UHGV virus genome: UHGV-0245551
Origin: a virus
Strand: one strand, 5' to 3'
Length of the DNA: 44,367 bases
The translations under genes were made by a program, and so were the position numbers. Shown here piece after piece: positions 36,379 through 44,367 of this stretch (positions are counted from its first letter, which is position 1; every line of letters starts with the position of its first letter). The notes beneath the pieces are model-generated. The model was not told the origin of the DNA. It made no database searches and was given only the letters and a program-made list of their open reading frames with translations.

Positions 36379-37068
36379 GTGCCAATTATTAAAAATTACA
36401 TCACTGAAGATGACGGTACAACGACTGTAGTCATCAAAGGAGTAGAACTAGATAACAAAACATCATTGCTTTTAGACAACGGTTACGAAGTAGAAGCAGA
36501 TGTAAGAGTTGTAGATCCATTCAAGATTACAGATAAGCAGCGTAGAAAAGTATTTGCTCTCTGTAACGACATAGAAGCTTACACAGGACAACCACGCGAC
36601 TATATGAGGTATTTGTTCATGGATTACGTAGAAGTTCTCTATGGCTATGAAAAACACCTCTCATTGAGCGACTGCACAAGAGAACAAGCTAAACAAGTTA
36701 TAGAAGTTATTCTCGACTGGGTGTTTCACAACAATATACCACTTAATTATAAGACGAGTGACTTACTCAAAAATGATAAAGCGTTCCTTTACTGGTCAAC
36801 AGTCAATCGTAACTGTGTAATATGCGGAACACCACGTGCCGAACTTGCACATTATCACGCAGTAGGTCGAGGACGTAACAGACGAAAGATAGATCACACA
36901 GATAACAAAGTATTAGCGCTATGTTCAAGACATCATAAAGAGCAGCACCAAATAGGAATGGACAGTTTTAATGAGAAATACAAATTACATGACAGTTGGG
37001 TGTCCGTAGATGAACGACTCAACCGAATGTTGAAAGGAGAAGTAAATGGCAGAAGTATCGTGGATTAA
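36379..37068 (+). CDS. Cys/His-cluster protein, putative HNH-like nuclease
   Basis: CVICG...HYHAVGRGRNRRKIDHTDNKVLALCSRHHKEQH metal-binding/HNH-like cluster; 229 aa. Confidence 0.4.
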   Translation: MPIIKNYITEDDGTTTVVIKGVELDNKTSLLLDNGYEVEADVRVVDPFKITDKQRRKVFALCNDIEAYTGQPRDYMRYLFMDYVEVLYGYEKHLSLSDCTREQAKQVIEVILDWVFHNNIPLNYKTSDLLKNDKAFLYWSTVNRNCVICGTPRAELAHYHAVGRGRNRRKIDHTDNKVLALCSRHHKEQHQIGMDSFNEKYKLHDSWVSVDERLNRMLKGEVNGRSIVD

Positions 37069-37846
37069 ATTAAAAGTCGGAATGTTCGATGATAGCAAAA
37101 TCAAGTATATAGAAGCATTGCCAGAACGAGATACAATCATCACTTTATGGGTTAAGTTACTGACATTAGCTGGAAAGTACAACGAACAAGGATACATTAT
37201 GTTATCCGAAAGTCTACCCTATAACGAAGAAATGTTAGCTAACGAATTTAATAGACCTATCAATTCAATAAGATTAGCGTTACAAACATTCGAAAAGCTA
37301 AGCATGATTGAAGAAGTGAATGGTGTCTTTAAAGTAACTAATTGGGAAAAACATCAAAGCTTAGATAGTAAAAGTAAGCACAGAGAAAAGAACCGACTTC
37401 GACAACAAAGATATAGAGAAAGACAAAAACAACTAGAGAATAACGTTACAGTAACGTTACGTAACGATACAGAAGAAGAATTAGAAGAAGAATATAAGAA
37501 TAAGAAAAAGAATAAAGAAGATAGAAGTGACGACGTCTTTAAAAATTCAATTAATTACATCATGAATAACCTTGATAATAACTTAACTCCTCATCAGATG
37601 GAACAGATAGGATATGCAGTTGATGATATTGGGGAACATGCAGATGAAGTTGTTGAGGTAGCTACTAATTATACAAAAGACAAAGGTTGTCATGCAGGTT
37701 ACCTAATCAAAGTGTTAAACAACTGGGCTAAAGAGAACGTTAAGAATAAAAAAGAGGCTGAAAATAAAATTGAACCTAAAAATAAAAAATCTGTAACAGA
37801 TGATGTAATTGCTCAAATGGAGAAAGAGCTAGGAGATGAAAGTTAA
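37046..37846 (+). CDS. phage replisome organiser (DnaD-like N-terminal domain)
   Basis: N-terminal WIKLKVGMFDDSKIKYIEALPERDTIITLWVKLLTLAGK pattern of replisome organiser proteins; precedes DnaB-like helicase. Confidence 0.6.
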   Translation: MAEVSWIKLKVGMFDDSKIKYIEALPERDTIITLWVKLLTLAGKYNEQGYIMLSESLPYNEEMLANEFNRPINSIRLALQTFEKLSMIEEVNGVFKVTNWEKHQSLDSKSKHREKNRLRQQRYRERQKQLENNVTVTLRNDTEEELEEEYKNKKKNKEDRSDDVFKNSINYIMNNLDNNLTPHQMEQIGYAVDDIGEHADEVVEVATNYTKDKGCHAGYLIKVLNNWAKENVKNKKEAENKIEPKNKKSVTDDVIAQMEKELGDES

Positions 37847-38205
37847 TGCCTATGACTAAACAACAAGCCCTAGAAGTAATTAAGACAATTAGACATGTAT
37901 ACAACATTGACTTTGACAGACCTAAATTAGAAACATGGGTTAACATTTTGAGCCAAAACGGGGATTATGAACCGACTAAAAAAACAGTAATGCAATATAT
38001 CAATGATGCTAATCCTTATCCACCTAGTATTCCAAACATAATGAGGAAAGAAGTCAAAGTCGTAAAAGAAGAACCTGTCGACGAAAAAACTGCTAGACAT
38101 CGTTGGAGAATGAAAAATGATCCAGAATACGTAGCACAACGTAAAAAGATATTAGACGACTTCAGAAAGAAGTTAAGTGAGTTTGGAGTGAGTGACGATG
38201 AATGA
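37846..38205 (+). CDS. hypothetical protein (119 aa)
   Basis: translationally coupled between organiser and helicase; may be a helicase loader-type accessory protein. Confidence 0.4.
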   Translation: MPMTKQQALEVIKTIRHVYNIDFDRPKLETWVNILSQNGDYEPTKKTVMQYINDANPYPPSIPNIMRKEVKVVKEEPVDEKTARHRWRMKNDPEYVAQRKKILDDFRKKLSEFGVSDDE

Positions 38206-39433
38206 ACGTCATGAAATCGAAAGTACAATCGTTGCTAGTTTACTTCAAAAACCGGACATAATTGAGAAGTTACGTGTGAGACCGGAAATGTTCTCACATG
38301 ATGGTATGAAGTCATTTATGGAATATGTATTCGAAGTCGGTAAGGTAGATCATAACGAAATCTATTTAAAAACCACAAAAGATAAGTCATTCCTAGATAT
38401 GGACACCATTTCAAATTTGTATAACTCAAAATTTATAGGTTACGGATTCTTTGAAAGATATCAACAAGATTTGCTCAATCTTTATCAAATAGAGCGTACG
38501 CAAAACGTATTACAAGAATTCAATTCTGATCCGAATATACAAAATTTTGATGAAATGCTTAACAAACTACAAAAGGTCAGTTTAATTAGTGCAAGTGAAG
38601 AAAGTGGGACTAAAAAAATTGTAGATCACTTTGTCGAAGAATTATATAGCGAAGAACCAAAACAAAAAATCAATACAGGTTATAAACTGGTGGATTACAA
38701 AATAGGTGGTTTAGAGCCTACACAGTTGATTGTAATCGCTGCGAGACCGTCAGTAGGTAAAACGGGGTTTGCGCTTAATATGATGCTTAATATAGCGTCT
38801 CAAGGCTATAAAACTTCATTCTTCAGTCTAGAGACAACTGGCGTGTCTGTATTGAAAAGGATGTTATCAGCAGAAACTGGGATAGAACTAACTCGTATCA
38901 AAGAAATTAAAGATTTAGAACCGGATGAATTAACACGTTTAACAACTGCAGCAGACAAAATACTCAAACTTGATATAGATATACACGATAAAAGCAATAT
39001 TACTACACATGATATACGTAAACAAGCGATGAAAAACAAAGATGTGCAACAGGTTATCTTCATTGACTACTTACAACTTATGCAGACAGACAGTAAGTTA
39101 GATCGTCGTAATGGTATCGAAAAGATATCGCGAGATTTGAAGATTATTGCAAATGAAACAGGTGCAATTATTGTGTTGCTATCTCAATTGAGCAGAGGTG
39201 TAGAAACAAGAAATGACAAAAGGCCTATGCTATCTGACATGAAAGAAGCAGGTGGAATTGAAGCAGATGCAAGTTTAGCTATGTTGTTATATCGAGATGA
39301 TTACTACAACCGTGATGATGTTGATGACTCAGGCAAGTCAATTGTTGAATGTAACATCGCAAAGAATAAAGACGGAGAAACAGGTGTAGTTGAGTTTGAA
39401 TACTACAAGAAAACGCAGAGGTTCTTCACATGA
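38192..39433 (+). CDS. DnaB-family replicative helicase
   Basis: Walker A IAARPSVGKTGFALNM; RecA-like C-terminal region with QLSRG; 413 aa. Confidence 0.8.
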   Translation: MTMNERHEIESTIVASLLQKPDIIEKLRVRPEMFSHDGMKSFMEYVFEVGKVDHNEIYLKTTKDKSFLDMDTISNLYNSKFIGYGFFERYQQDLLNLYQIERTQNVLQEFNSDPNIQNFDEMLNKLQKVSLISASEESGTKKIVDHFVEELYSEEPKQKINTGYKLVDYKIGGLEPTQLIVIAARPSVGKTGFALNMMLNIASQGYKTSFFSLETTGVSVLKRMLSAETGIELTRIKEIKDLEPDELTRLTTAADKILKLDIDIHDKSNITTHDIRKQAMKNKDVQQVIFIDYLQLMQTDSKLDRRNGIEKISRDLKIIANETGAIIVLLSQLSRGVETRNDKRPMLSDMKEAGGIEADASLAMLLYRDDYYNRDDVDDSGKSIVECNIAKNKDGETGVVEFEYYKKTQRFFT

Positions 39434-39651
39434 AAGTAGTTGAATATCAAAAGTTGTTAGGCGTTATGTATCGAGAAGATTATCAAAACGACCCATTAAT
39501 AGCTAAGACGCTTATTGAGTCAGGCTGGGCAGTTAAACGTTTGTTAGAAAACAAAACGATATCACCATTTGACGAATATGAAAAAGTTCAGGAGTTAATC
39601 ATGAATGAAACGAAGTGGAGGCAACCAGATGGGACTTATCGACGGACTTAA
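39430..39651 (+). CDS. hypothetical protein (73 aa)
   Basis: overlaps helicase stop (ATGA). Confidence 0.4.
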   Translation: MKVVEYQKLLGVMYREDYQNDPLIAKTLIESGWAVKRLLENKTISPFDEYEKVQELIMNETKWRQPDGTYRRT

Positions 39652-39874
39652 AAAACAATATACGTTATATCAGATTGACGGTTGGAAGATGTGCAGTGTA
39701 ACGCCGTTAGGAGAAGATACATTCAAACTAGGTAACTATGCAGGCATACATTTTCGAAACACATTCTCAGGAACAGTAACGAAAGATGAACTAGAAAAAC
39801 TGAAACGCAAACATAAGCTTTTCAGAAAAGAAGAATTGCAACAACAGATGACAATTAACGAATTATTATTTTGA
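39605..39874 (+). CDS. hypothetical protein
   Basis: ORF track; internal ATG 39627 may be the true start. Confidence 0.35.
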   Translation: MKRSGGNQMGLIDGLKKQYTLYQIDGWKMCSVTPLGEDTFKLGNYAGIHFRNTFSGTVTKDELEKLKRKHKLFRKEELQQQMTINELLF

Positions 39875-39883
39875 GGTGGAGTT

Positions 39884-40297
39884 TTGAGTAAATACAATTC
39901 TAAAAAAGTTGAATATAAAGGTTTTGTGTTCGATAGCAAAATTGAATGCGACTACTACCAACATTTAGAACGTAACTTAGGTGATGGATATGATCGTATC
40001 GAGTTGCAACCTAAGTATGAATTACAACCTAAATTTGATGGAAACAAACCTATTTATTATGTAGCAGATTTTGCTTTATGGAAAGACGACAAGTTGCTGG
40101 AAGTTATAGATGTAAAAGGTATGCCGACACCAGTAGCGAAGATGAAAGCGAAGATGTTCAGGTATCAAAACAGAGATATACCACTTACATGGATATGTGA
40201 AGCACCTAAATATACAGGTCAAGAGTGGATAACGTATGAAGAACTATTAAAAGCACGCAGAAAGCGCAAAAAGGAGAAGAAGAATGGTAAAGATTAA
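39884..40297 (+). CDS. DUF1064-like PD-(D/E)XK-type nuclease
   Basis: MSKYNSKKVEYKGFVFDSKIECDYYQHL...VIDVKG pattern resembling staphylococcal phage DUF1064 proteins; GGAGGTGG upstream. Confidence 0.4.
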   Translation: MSKYNSKKVEYKGFVFDSKIECDYYQHLERNLGDGYDRIELQPKYELQPKFDGNKPIYYVADFALWKDDKLLEVIDVKGMPTPVAKMKAKMFRYQNRDIPLTWICEAPKYTGQEWITYEELLKARRKRKKEKKNGKD

Positions 40298-40748
40298 ACG
40301 AAAAGTAGCATTAGAACCTAAAGAATTTTTAAAGTATTTATTAAAAAAAGAAGAAACAACAGTAGAGTTAAACGGTTATACGAGTGATGGTGAAATATTT
40401 TCATTCGAACCAGAAGTAACTATAAATGAATTTGTGAGTTATTACCCATATGACAATACTTACACGGTAGAAATCGAAGAAGAAGTTACGGAAGAAACAA
40501 AACTCCCTAAATGTTTAGAAATTTCTTTTGATCGAAAAAGTGGCAGAGACGTGGCGGTCGTTCATGAAAATTGCTCGGTTAAACAATTAACTGATAGAAA
40601 TCCTGAACATTCACTAGATATAAGAACTATCCATCTAGTAAACGATGACGGAACGGTTGAACTCATCTGGAAAGATGGCGAAATGGTAGGTGATGAGCAA
40701 TGGCTAACAGAGAAGAAACAATTGAAGTTGAAGCGACACTCAAAGTGA
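40284..40748 (+). CDS. hypothetical protein (154 aa)
   Basis: ORF with RBS AAGGAG. Confidence 0.4.
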   Translation: MVKIKRKVALEPKEFLKYLLKKEETTVELNGYTSDGEIFSFEPEVTINEFVSYYPYDNTYTVEIEEEVTEETKLPKCLEISFDRKSGRDVAVVHENCSVKQLTDRNPEHSLDIRTIHLVNDDGTVELIWKDGEMVGDEQWLTEKKQLKLKRHSK

Positions 40749-40891
40749 GATGTAAATATCCAGTATGGATAAATAATCGTATTACGAAAGAAGAAGAAAA
40801 AGAGCGCATTTTAGATTTAATCAGTAACAACCCTGACAAAGAGTTGATGAATGAAGATTTTGAACTAGTTGAATTAATAGAGGTGGAGTAA
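40700..40891 (+). CDS. hypothetical protein (63 aa)
   Basis: small acidic ORF. Confidence 0.3.
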   Translation: MANREETIEVEATLKVRCKYPVWINNRITKEEEKERILDLISNNPDKELMNEDFELVELIEVE

Positions 40892-41251
40892 ATGGAAGCG
40901 ACAAAAATGAGAGTTAAAAATAAATACTTCTCTATTACACCAGATGTAGTAGAGAAAATGAAAGAAGCAGATATCAATCCCGATATCTTAAGACAAAGAT
41001 TAGCTTCTGGTTGGAAATTTGAAGATGCAATAGAAGCACCTATTGGAGTAAGACGTAGTGAGTGGGATAGTTTAAAACCTAAAGAGGACGAAATCGCTAG
41101 TTATAAGGAAAGAATGAAACAACGAAGATTACAAGAGTTGAAACGTAAGAAACCACATTTATTCACAGTGCCTCAAAAACACCCTCGTGGTGAATGGTGC
41201 AAGCATCTTATGGAGAATGACATATTCCCTAGAAAGGTGGTTAGATCATGA
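40892..41251 (+). CDS. hypothetical protein (119 aa)
   Basis: RBS GAGGTGGAG. Confidence 0.4.
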   Translation: MEATKMRVKNKYFSITPDVVEKMKEADINPDILRQRLASGWKFEDAIEAPIGVRRSEWDSLKPKEDEIASYKERMKQRRLQELKRKKPHLFTVPQKHPRGEWCKHLMENDIFPRKVVRS

Positions 41252-41691
41252 GCGTTAAGGACTTGAGTAGAGGTAACACAATTAGAATGCATGGACTTAA
41301 CGGTGTGGAAGTTACAGCAAAGGTTAAAAATGTATATCGTTTAGTTCATTCAAGACGTGGTGCGGCTAAATGGGTTGCTGATGTAAAAGCGATTGATGGG
41401 AAAACTTGGACTATTGATGATAATTACGATTTTTACTCATTACCAGATGAAAATGAAGAAAACAAAAAGACGTTATATGACAAGATTAACCACCCGTCGC
41501 ATTATACGTATGGAGATATAGAAATAATGGATTTTATAGAACAGGTCACTAAAGATTATAAACCAGAGTTAGCATTTGCGATTGGTAATGCAATTAAATA
41601 TATCAGTCGAGCTAATCGTAAGAACGGAAAAGAAGATTTAGACAAAGCGCGTTGGTATCTAAACAGAGCATTTGAGAAGTGGGAGGCATAA
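41248..41691 (+). CDS. DUF3310-like protein
   Basis: C-terminal HPSHYTYGDIEIMDFIEQV...AIKYISRANRKNGKEDLDKARWYL matches the conserved pattern of phage DUF3310 proteins. Confidence 0.4.
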   Translation: MSVKDLSRGNTIRMHGLNGVEVTAKVKNVYRLVHSRRGAAKWVADVKAIDGKTWTIDDNYDFYSLPDENEENKKTLYDKINHPSHYTYGDIEIMDFIEQVTKDYKPELAFAIGNAIKYISRANRKNGKEDLDKARWYLNRAFEKWEA

Positions 41692-41983
41692 GAAAATGGC
41701 ATATGATGTGGACTTTTGGTATCAATCACAAAATGCTTGTCAAATAACTACAACGTTTACTCCGTTTTCTGACGATAAAGAAGAAAGTATTTATATGGAT
41801 AACGAAGATTTCTTTGCGATGGTAGATCAATTTAGTGATGCTAGTTTGATGTATGAAGCTTGGAGAATATTAAGAAGTCAATTAGAAGGGGAAAGTAAAC
41901 AAAAAATGTTGGAACTCGAAAAAAATTTAGGAATTGATGTAGATAAGGAATTAAAAAATATATACGAAAGGTCAATAGAATGA
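41672..41983 (+). CDS. hypothetical protein
   Basis: ATG 41696 after GGGAGG may be the true start. Confidence 0.35.
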   Translation: MRSGRHKKMAYDVDFWYQSQNACQITTTFTPFSDDKEESIYMDNEDFFAMVDQFSDASLMYEAWRILRSQLEGESKQKMLELEKNLGIDVDKELKNIYERSIE

Positions 41984-41998
41984 TAAGGAGGACTAATT

Positions 41999-42679
41999 AT
42001 GGTGTATATGTATGAACCATTCACTCACACAGTGACTAAGACAGACCTATCTCATTTGCACAACATTACAGGTATTCCACTAAACACACTGTGGTATCAA
42101 AAGGAACGTGGCACATATAACGATAAATTGAAGTGCTTCTTTACTGACACAATGCCGAGAATGAATAAGAAACAGGAGTTTAACGAAAGAGTTGTAGCAA
42201 AAGATGAAATTTGGAAGTACAGCGAGAAGTATGATCTATACGTAAGTAACTTAGGCAGAATGAAAAGACCTGATGGTAAATATAAATTTGCGAATGGTTG
42301 TAACGGTATTTCCACAGTTATTTATAAGAATAAGAAGTATCGTGCAGCAGATATTGTATATGAAACGTTTATCGGTAACTTAAAAAACGGATCACACGCA
42401 TATCCGAAAGATAGTAGATACAACAACTTTATTGCAGATAACCTATTCCAATCTACATTACAAAAATATAGAGTGTATCGCAGAAATAAAGGTGTATCTA
42501 AACCAGTATATCTAGTAGATAGCGACAACCAAATTGTTGAAGAATTCGCAAGTACAGTAGAAGCTCAAAAATTATTGTTCATAGACAGACGGAATATCGC
42601 AAGGAAGTGCAACCGTAAACATGTAAGTGACGGATTGATGTATATGTGGGCAGACGAATACGAGGGGTTGAACGCATGA
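41999..42679 (+). CDS. free-standing homing-endonuclease-like protein (NUMOD4-type N-terminal motif, HNH-like core, NUMOD1-like C-terminal tail)
   Basis: YDLYVSNLGRMKRPDGK (NUMOD4-like YxVSNxGRV); C-terminal PVYLVDSDNQIVEEFASTVEAQKLL resembling homing-endonuclease DNA-binding modules. Confidence 0.45.
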   Translation: MVYMYEPFTHTVTKTDLSHLHNITGIPLNTLWYQKERGTYNDKLKCFFTDTMPRMNKKQEFNERVVAKDEIWKYSEKYDLYVSNLGRMKRPDGKYKFANGCNGISTVIYKNKKYRAADIVYETFIGNLKNGSHAYPKDSRYNNFIADNLFQSTLQKYRVYRRNKGVSKPVYLVDSDNQIVEEFASTVEAQKLLFIDRRNIARKCNRKHVSDGLMYMWADEYEGLNA

Positions 42680-42873
42680 TACTGTCCGACACGGTATCTC
42701 AACGATACAAATACAAAACACAAGGCAAAACACCTACCCAGATACAACAGGAGTTACGACAGATAGGTGTTAAAGGCTTTGTGGTTAAGATAGCAGGAAA
42801 CAGAGTGACGATGAAAGTTGATGAGAATGATATTAAAAAGAACAGGGAGTGTATGAGAAATGGCAACAGATAA
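42646..42873 (+). CDS. hypothetical protein
   Basis: ATG 42676 likely start. Confidence 0.3.
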   Translation: MGRRIRGVERMILSDTVSQRYKYKTQGKTPTQIQQELRQIGVKGFVVKIAGNRVTMKVDENDIKKNRECMRNGNR

Positions 42874-43039
42874 GCAAGTAGAATATGTTAGAAGTTTACA
42901 AAATCAAACTTCACTTACTGATTATAGTCGTAAAGAAATAAAAGCTATGACACATAAAGAAGTAAGTAATTTAATAAGTGAATTACAAGATGACATATTA
43001 TATAACGAGTTAATGAGTTACGGATTACCAAACCAATAA
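42860..43039 (+). CDS. hypothetical small protein (59 aa)
   Basis: ATG 42860 after GGGAGTG; MATDKQVEYVRSLQNQ...; below ORF-track cutoff. Confidence 0.3.
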   Translation: MATDKQVEYVRSLQNQTSLTDYSRKEIKAMTHKEVSNLISELQDDILYNELMSYGLPNQ

Positions 43040-43047
43040 GAAAAGGA

Positions 43048-43455
43048 GTGTTTGAGATAATGATTAAATTTAGAGTTTGGGATAAAGAAGAAAAGAAAAT
43101 GCATAAAGTAAAAACTATTGAATTCAGTCGCAGAGGTGCAAGAATTATACATTTAGCCGAAGTAAATTCTAACGGTAAAGGAGATCATAAAAGATGGCAT
43201 TCATCTGTTGAACTTATGCAATCAACAGGACTTAAAGATAAGAACGGCGTTGAGATTTATGAGGGAGATATTGTTCAACATTCAGAGAAACCTAATCCAT
43301 GTTTTAGTTACCCCTTTGAAGTTGTACAAGCTAGAACTGGAGAATGGAGATTAGATAATTTTAGATGTGGCACAGTGTTAGCATTTAGTAATCAAGATGA
43401 GTTGGAAGTATTAGGGAATGTGTTTGAAAATAAAAATTTATTAAGTGAGGAGTGA
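43048..43455 (+). CDS. YopX-family protein
   Basis: MIKFRVWDKEEKKMH...STGLKDKNGVEIYEGDIV matches the YopX signature (KFRAWDK..KKM...TGLKDKNGKEIYEGDI). Confidence 0.6.
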   Translation: MFEIMIKFRVWDKEEKKMHKVKTIEFSRRGARIIHLAEVNSNGKGDHKRWHSSVELMQSTGLKDKNGVEIYEGDIVQHSEKPNPCFSYPFEVVQARTGEWRLDNFRCGTVLAFSNQDELEVLGNVFENKNLLSEE

Positions 43456-44006
43456 GAAAATTGATTGTTAATTCACAAAAAAGCATAAATTTTAGAAATG
43501 AATGTAATTGCAAAGTTGATTATAAAGAATTAGAAAAAGCTATATTATGGGTTCAAAGCAAACCCACTTCAAGTAATAAAAAAATTTATATGCATGGTCT
43601 TTACCCTTGTGTTTCTGTACACGATAAAAAATACCATGTACATAGATTATTAATGATGTATTGGTTAGGTGGAAAATTGGGGAAGGACGAACACGTTCAT
43701 CATATTAATGGCGACAAATCGGATGCTTCAAAATCAAACCTTACAATCTTAACAGCAAGTCAACACTTGTCAGGTCATAATAAAGGGAAATCTCTTACGC
43801 AAAGTCATAGAGATAAAATTGCTGAAGCTGGTCGTAAAAGAAAAGGGATGAAGATGAAACGTAAGTATAATATTGATTCAAAGGAATTAAAACAACACTT
43901 GGGAAACGGTCTGAGCATTAGCAAAATAGCTAGGATATACAATTGTGATTGGACAGTTATAAAACAAAGAATTAACGAAAACCCAGAGTTATTGGAGGAT
44001 AACTAA
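43452..44006 (+). CDS. HNH endonuclease with C-terminal HTH
   Basis: VHHINGDKSDASKSNLTILTASQH HNH motif; C-terminal LSISKIARIYNCDWTVIKQRI HTH-like. Confidence 0.6.
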   Translation: MRKLIVNSQKSINFRNECNCKVDYKELEKAILWVQSKPTSSNKKIYMHGLYPCVSVHDKKYHVHRLLMMYWLGGKLGKDEHVHHINGDKSDASKSNLTILTASQHLSGHNKGKSLTQSHRDKIAEAGRKRKGMKMKRKYNIDSKELKQHLGNGLSISKIARIYNCDWTVIKQRINENPELLEDN

Positions 44007-44350
44007 TGGACATCAACAATCTCTACACCTACAAAGCAACATGCACCAATGTTGTGGACGGGGATACGATAGATATATTACTCGATTATGGCTTTGATAC
44101 CTACGCTAAACGTCGTGTACGTTTGCTAGGTGTCGATACGCCAGAAAGAGGACAGGATAAGTTTAAAGAGGCAACAGCGTTCACTAGAGAATGTGTAGAA
44201 CATAAAGATATCTACGTTCAGACGTACAAGAGCGATGTGTTTGGTAGGTATCTTGCAAATGTATGGTACGAGGACGGGACACGTAGTTTGAATGATGATC
44301 TAAGGGACTCAGGGCTATTGAAACAAAATTCTAAATGGAATGAGGGGTAG
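44006..44350 (+). CDS. SNase-like (staphylococcal-nuclease-fold) nuclease
   Basis: VVDGDTIDIL...RRVRLLGVDTPE...FGRYLANVW pattern parallels the thermonuclease DGDT / R.RL.G.DTPE / YGR.LA blocks. Confidence 0.55.
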   Translation: MDINNLYTYKATCTNVVDGDTIDILLDYGFDTYAKRRVRLLGVDTPERGQDKFKEATAFTRECVEHKDIYVQTYKSDVFGRYLANVWYEDGTRSLNDDLRDSGLLKQNSKWNEG

Positions 44351-44352
44351 GA

Positions 44353-44367
44353 ATGGCAGAAGTAACT
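44353..44367 (+). CDS. 5' end (MAEVT) of an ORF running off the window; frame-continuous with 1..285
   Basis: ATG 44353 preceded by GAGGGGTAGG; 15 nt to window end keeps frame with codon 1 of the window. Confidence 0.3.

Noticed and set aside
1-44367. Scan for tRNA, rRNA and CRISPR arrays
   Set aside because: No cloverleaf-like or repeat-spacer structures were recognised in intergenic regions. The only large structured non-coding RNA candidate is the group I intron core.

Overview
The window reads as a complete temperate Staphylococcus-type siphovirus genome (low GC; phi11/80alpha-like gene order, but mosaic) in its excised, circularly permuted form rather than as an integrated prophage. Gene order is: end of the early region (MazG-like gene, small membrane proteins), a RinA/ArpU-like late activator, then a long structured leader. 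Next comes terS-terL-portal-minor head-scaffold-major capsid, head-tail connectors, major tail, a frameshifted G/GT tail chaperone pair, tape measure, Dit, an SGNH-Tal, beta-helix fibre and receptor-binding candidates. After that are an XkdX/XhlA-like pair, a virion CHAP-glucosaminidase hydrolase split by a group I intron carrying an HNH endonuclease, a holin, and an Amidase_2-CHAP-2xSH3b endolysin. The window then continues with an attP-like region with arm-type repeats, a minus-strand tyrosine integrase, two lipoprotein morons, a cI/cro switch and antirepressor, and an ERF+SSB recombination module. After that come a replisome organiser with a DnaB helicase and an accessory cluster of YopX, HNH, NUMOD4-HNH and SNase-like genes. 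The most notable items are the intron-split tail hydrolase, the -1 frameshift site in the tail chaperone, the atypical endolysin domain order, the attP arm repeats, the two integrase-adjacent lipoproteins, the long repeat-rich leader upstream of terS, and an ORF that is continuous across the window ends, consistent with a circular record. No tRNA, rRNA or CRISPR array was recognised. All coordinates come from manual reading and carry a few-nt uncertainty.
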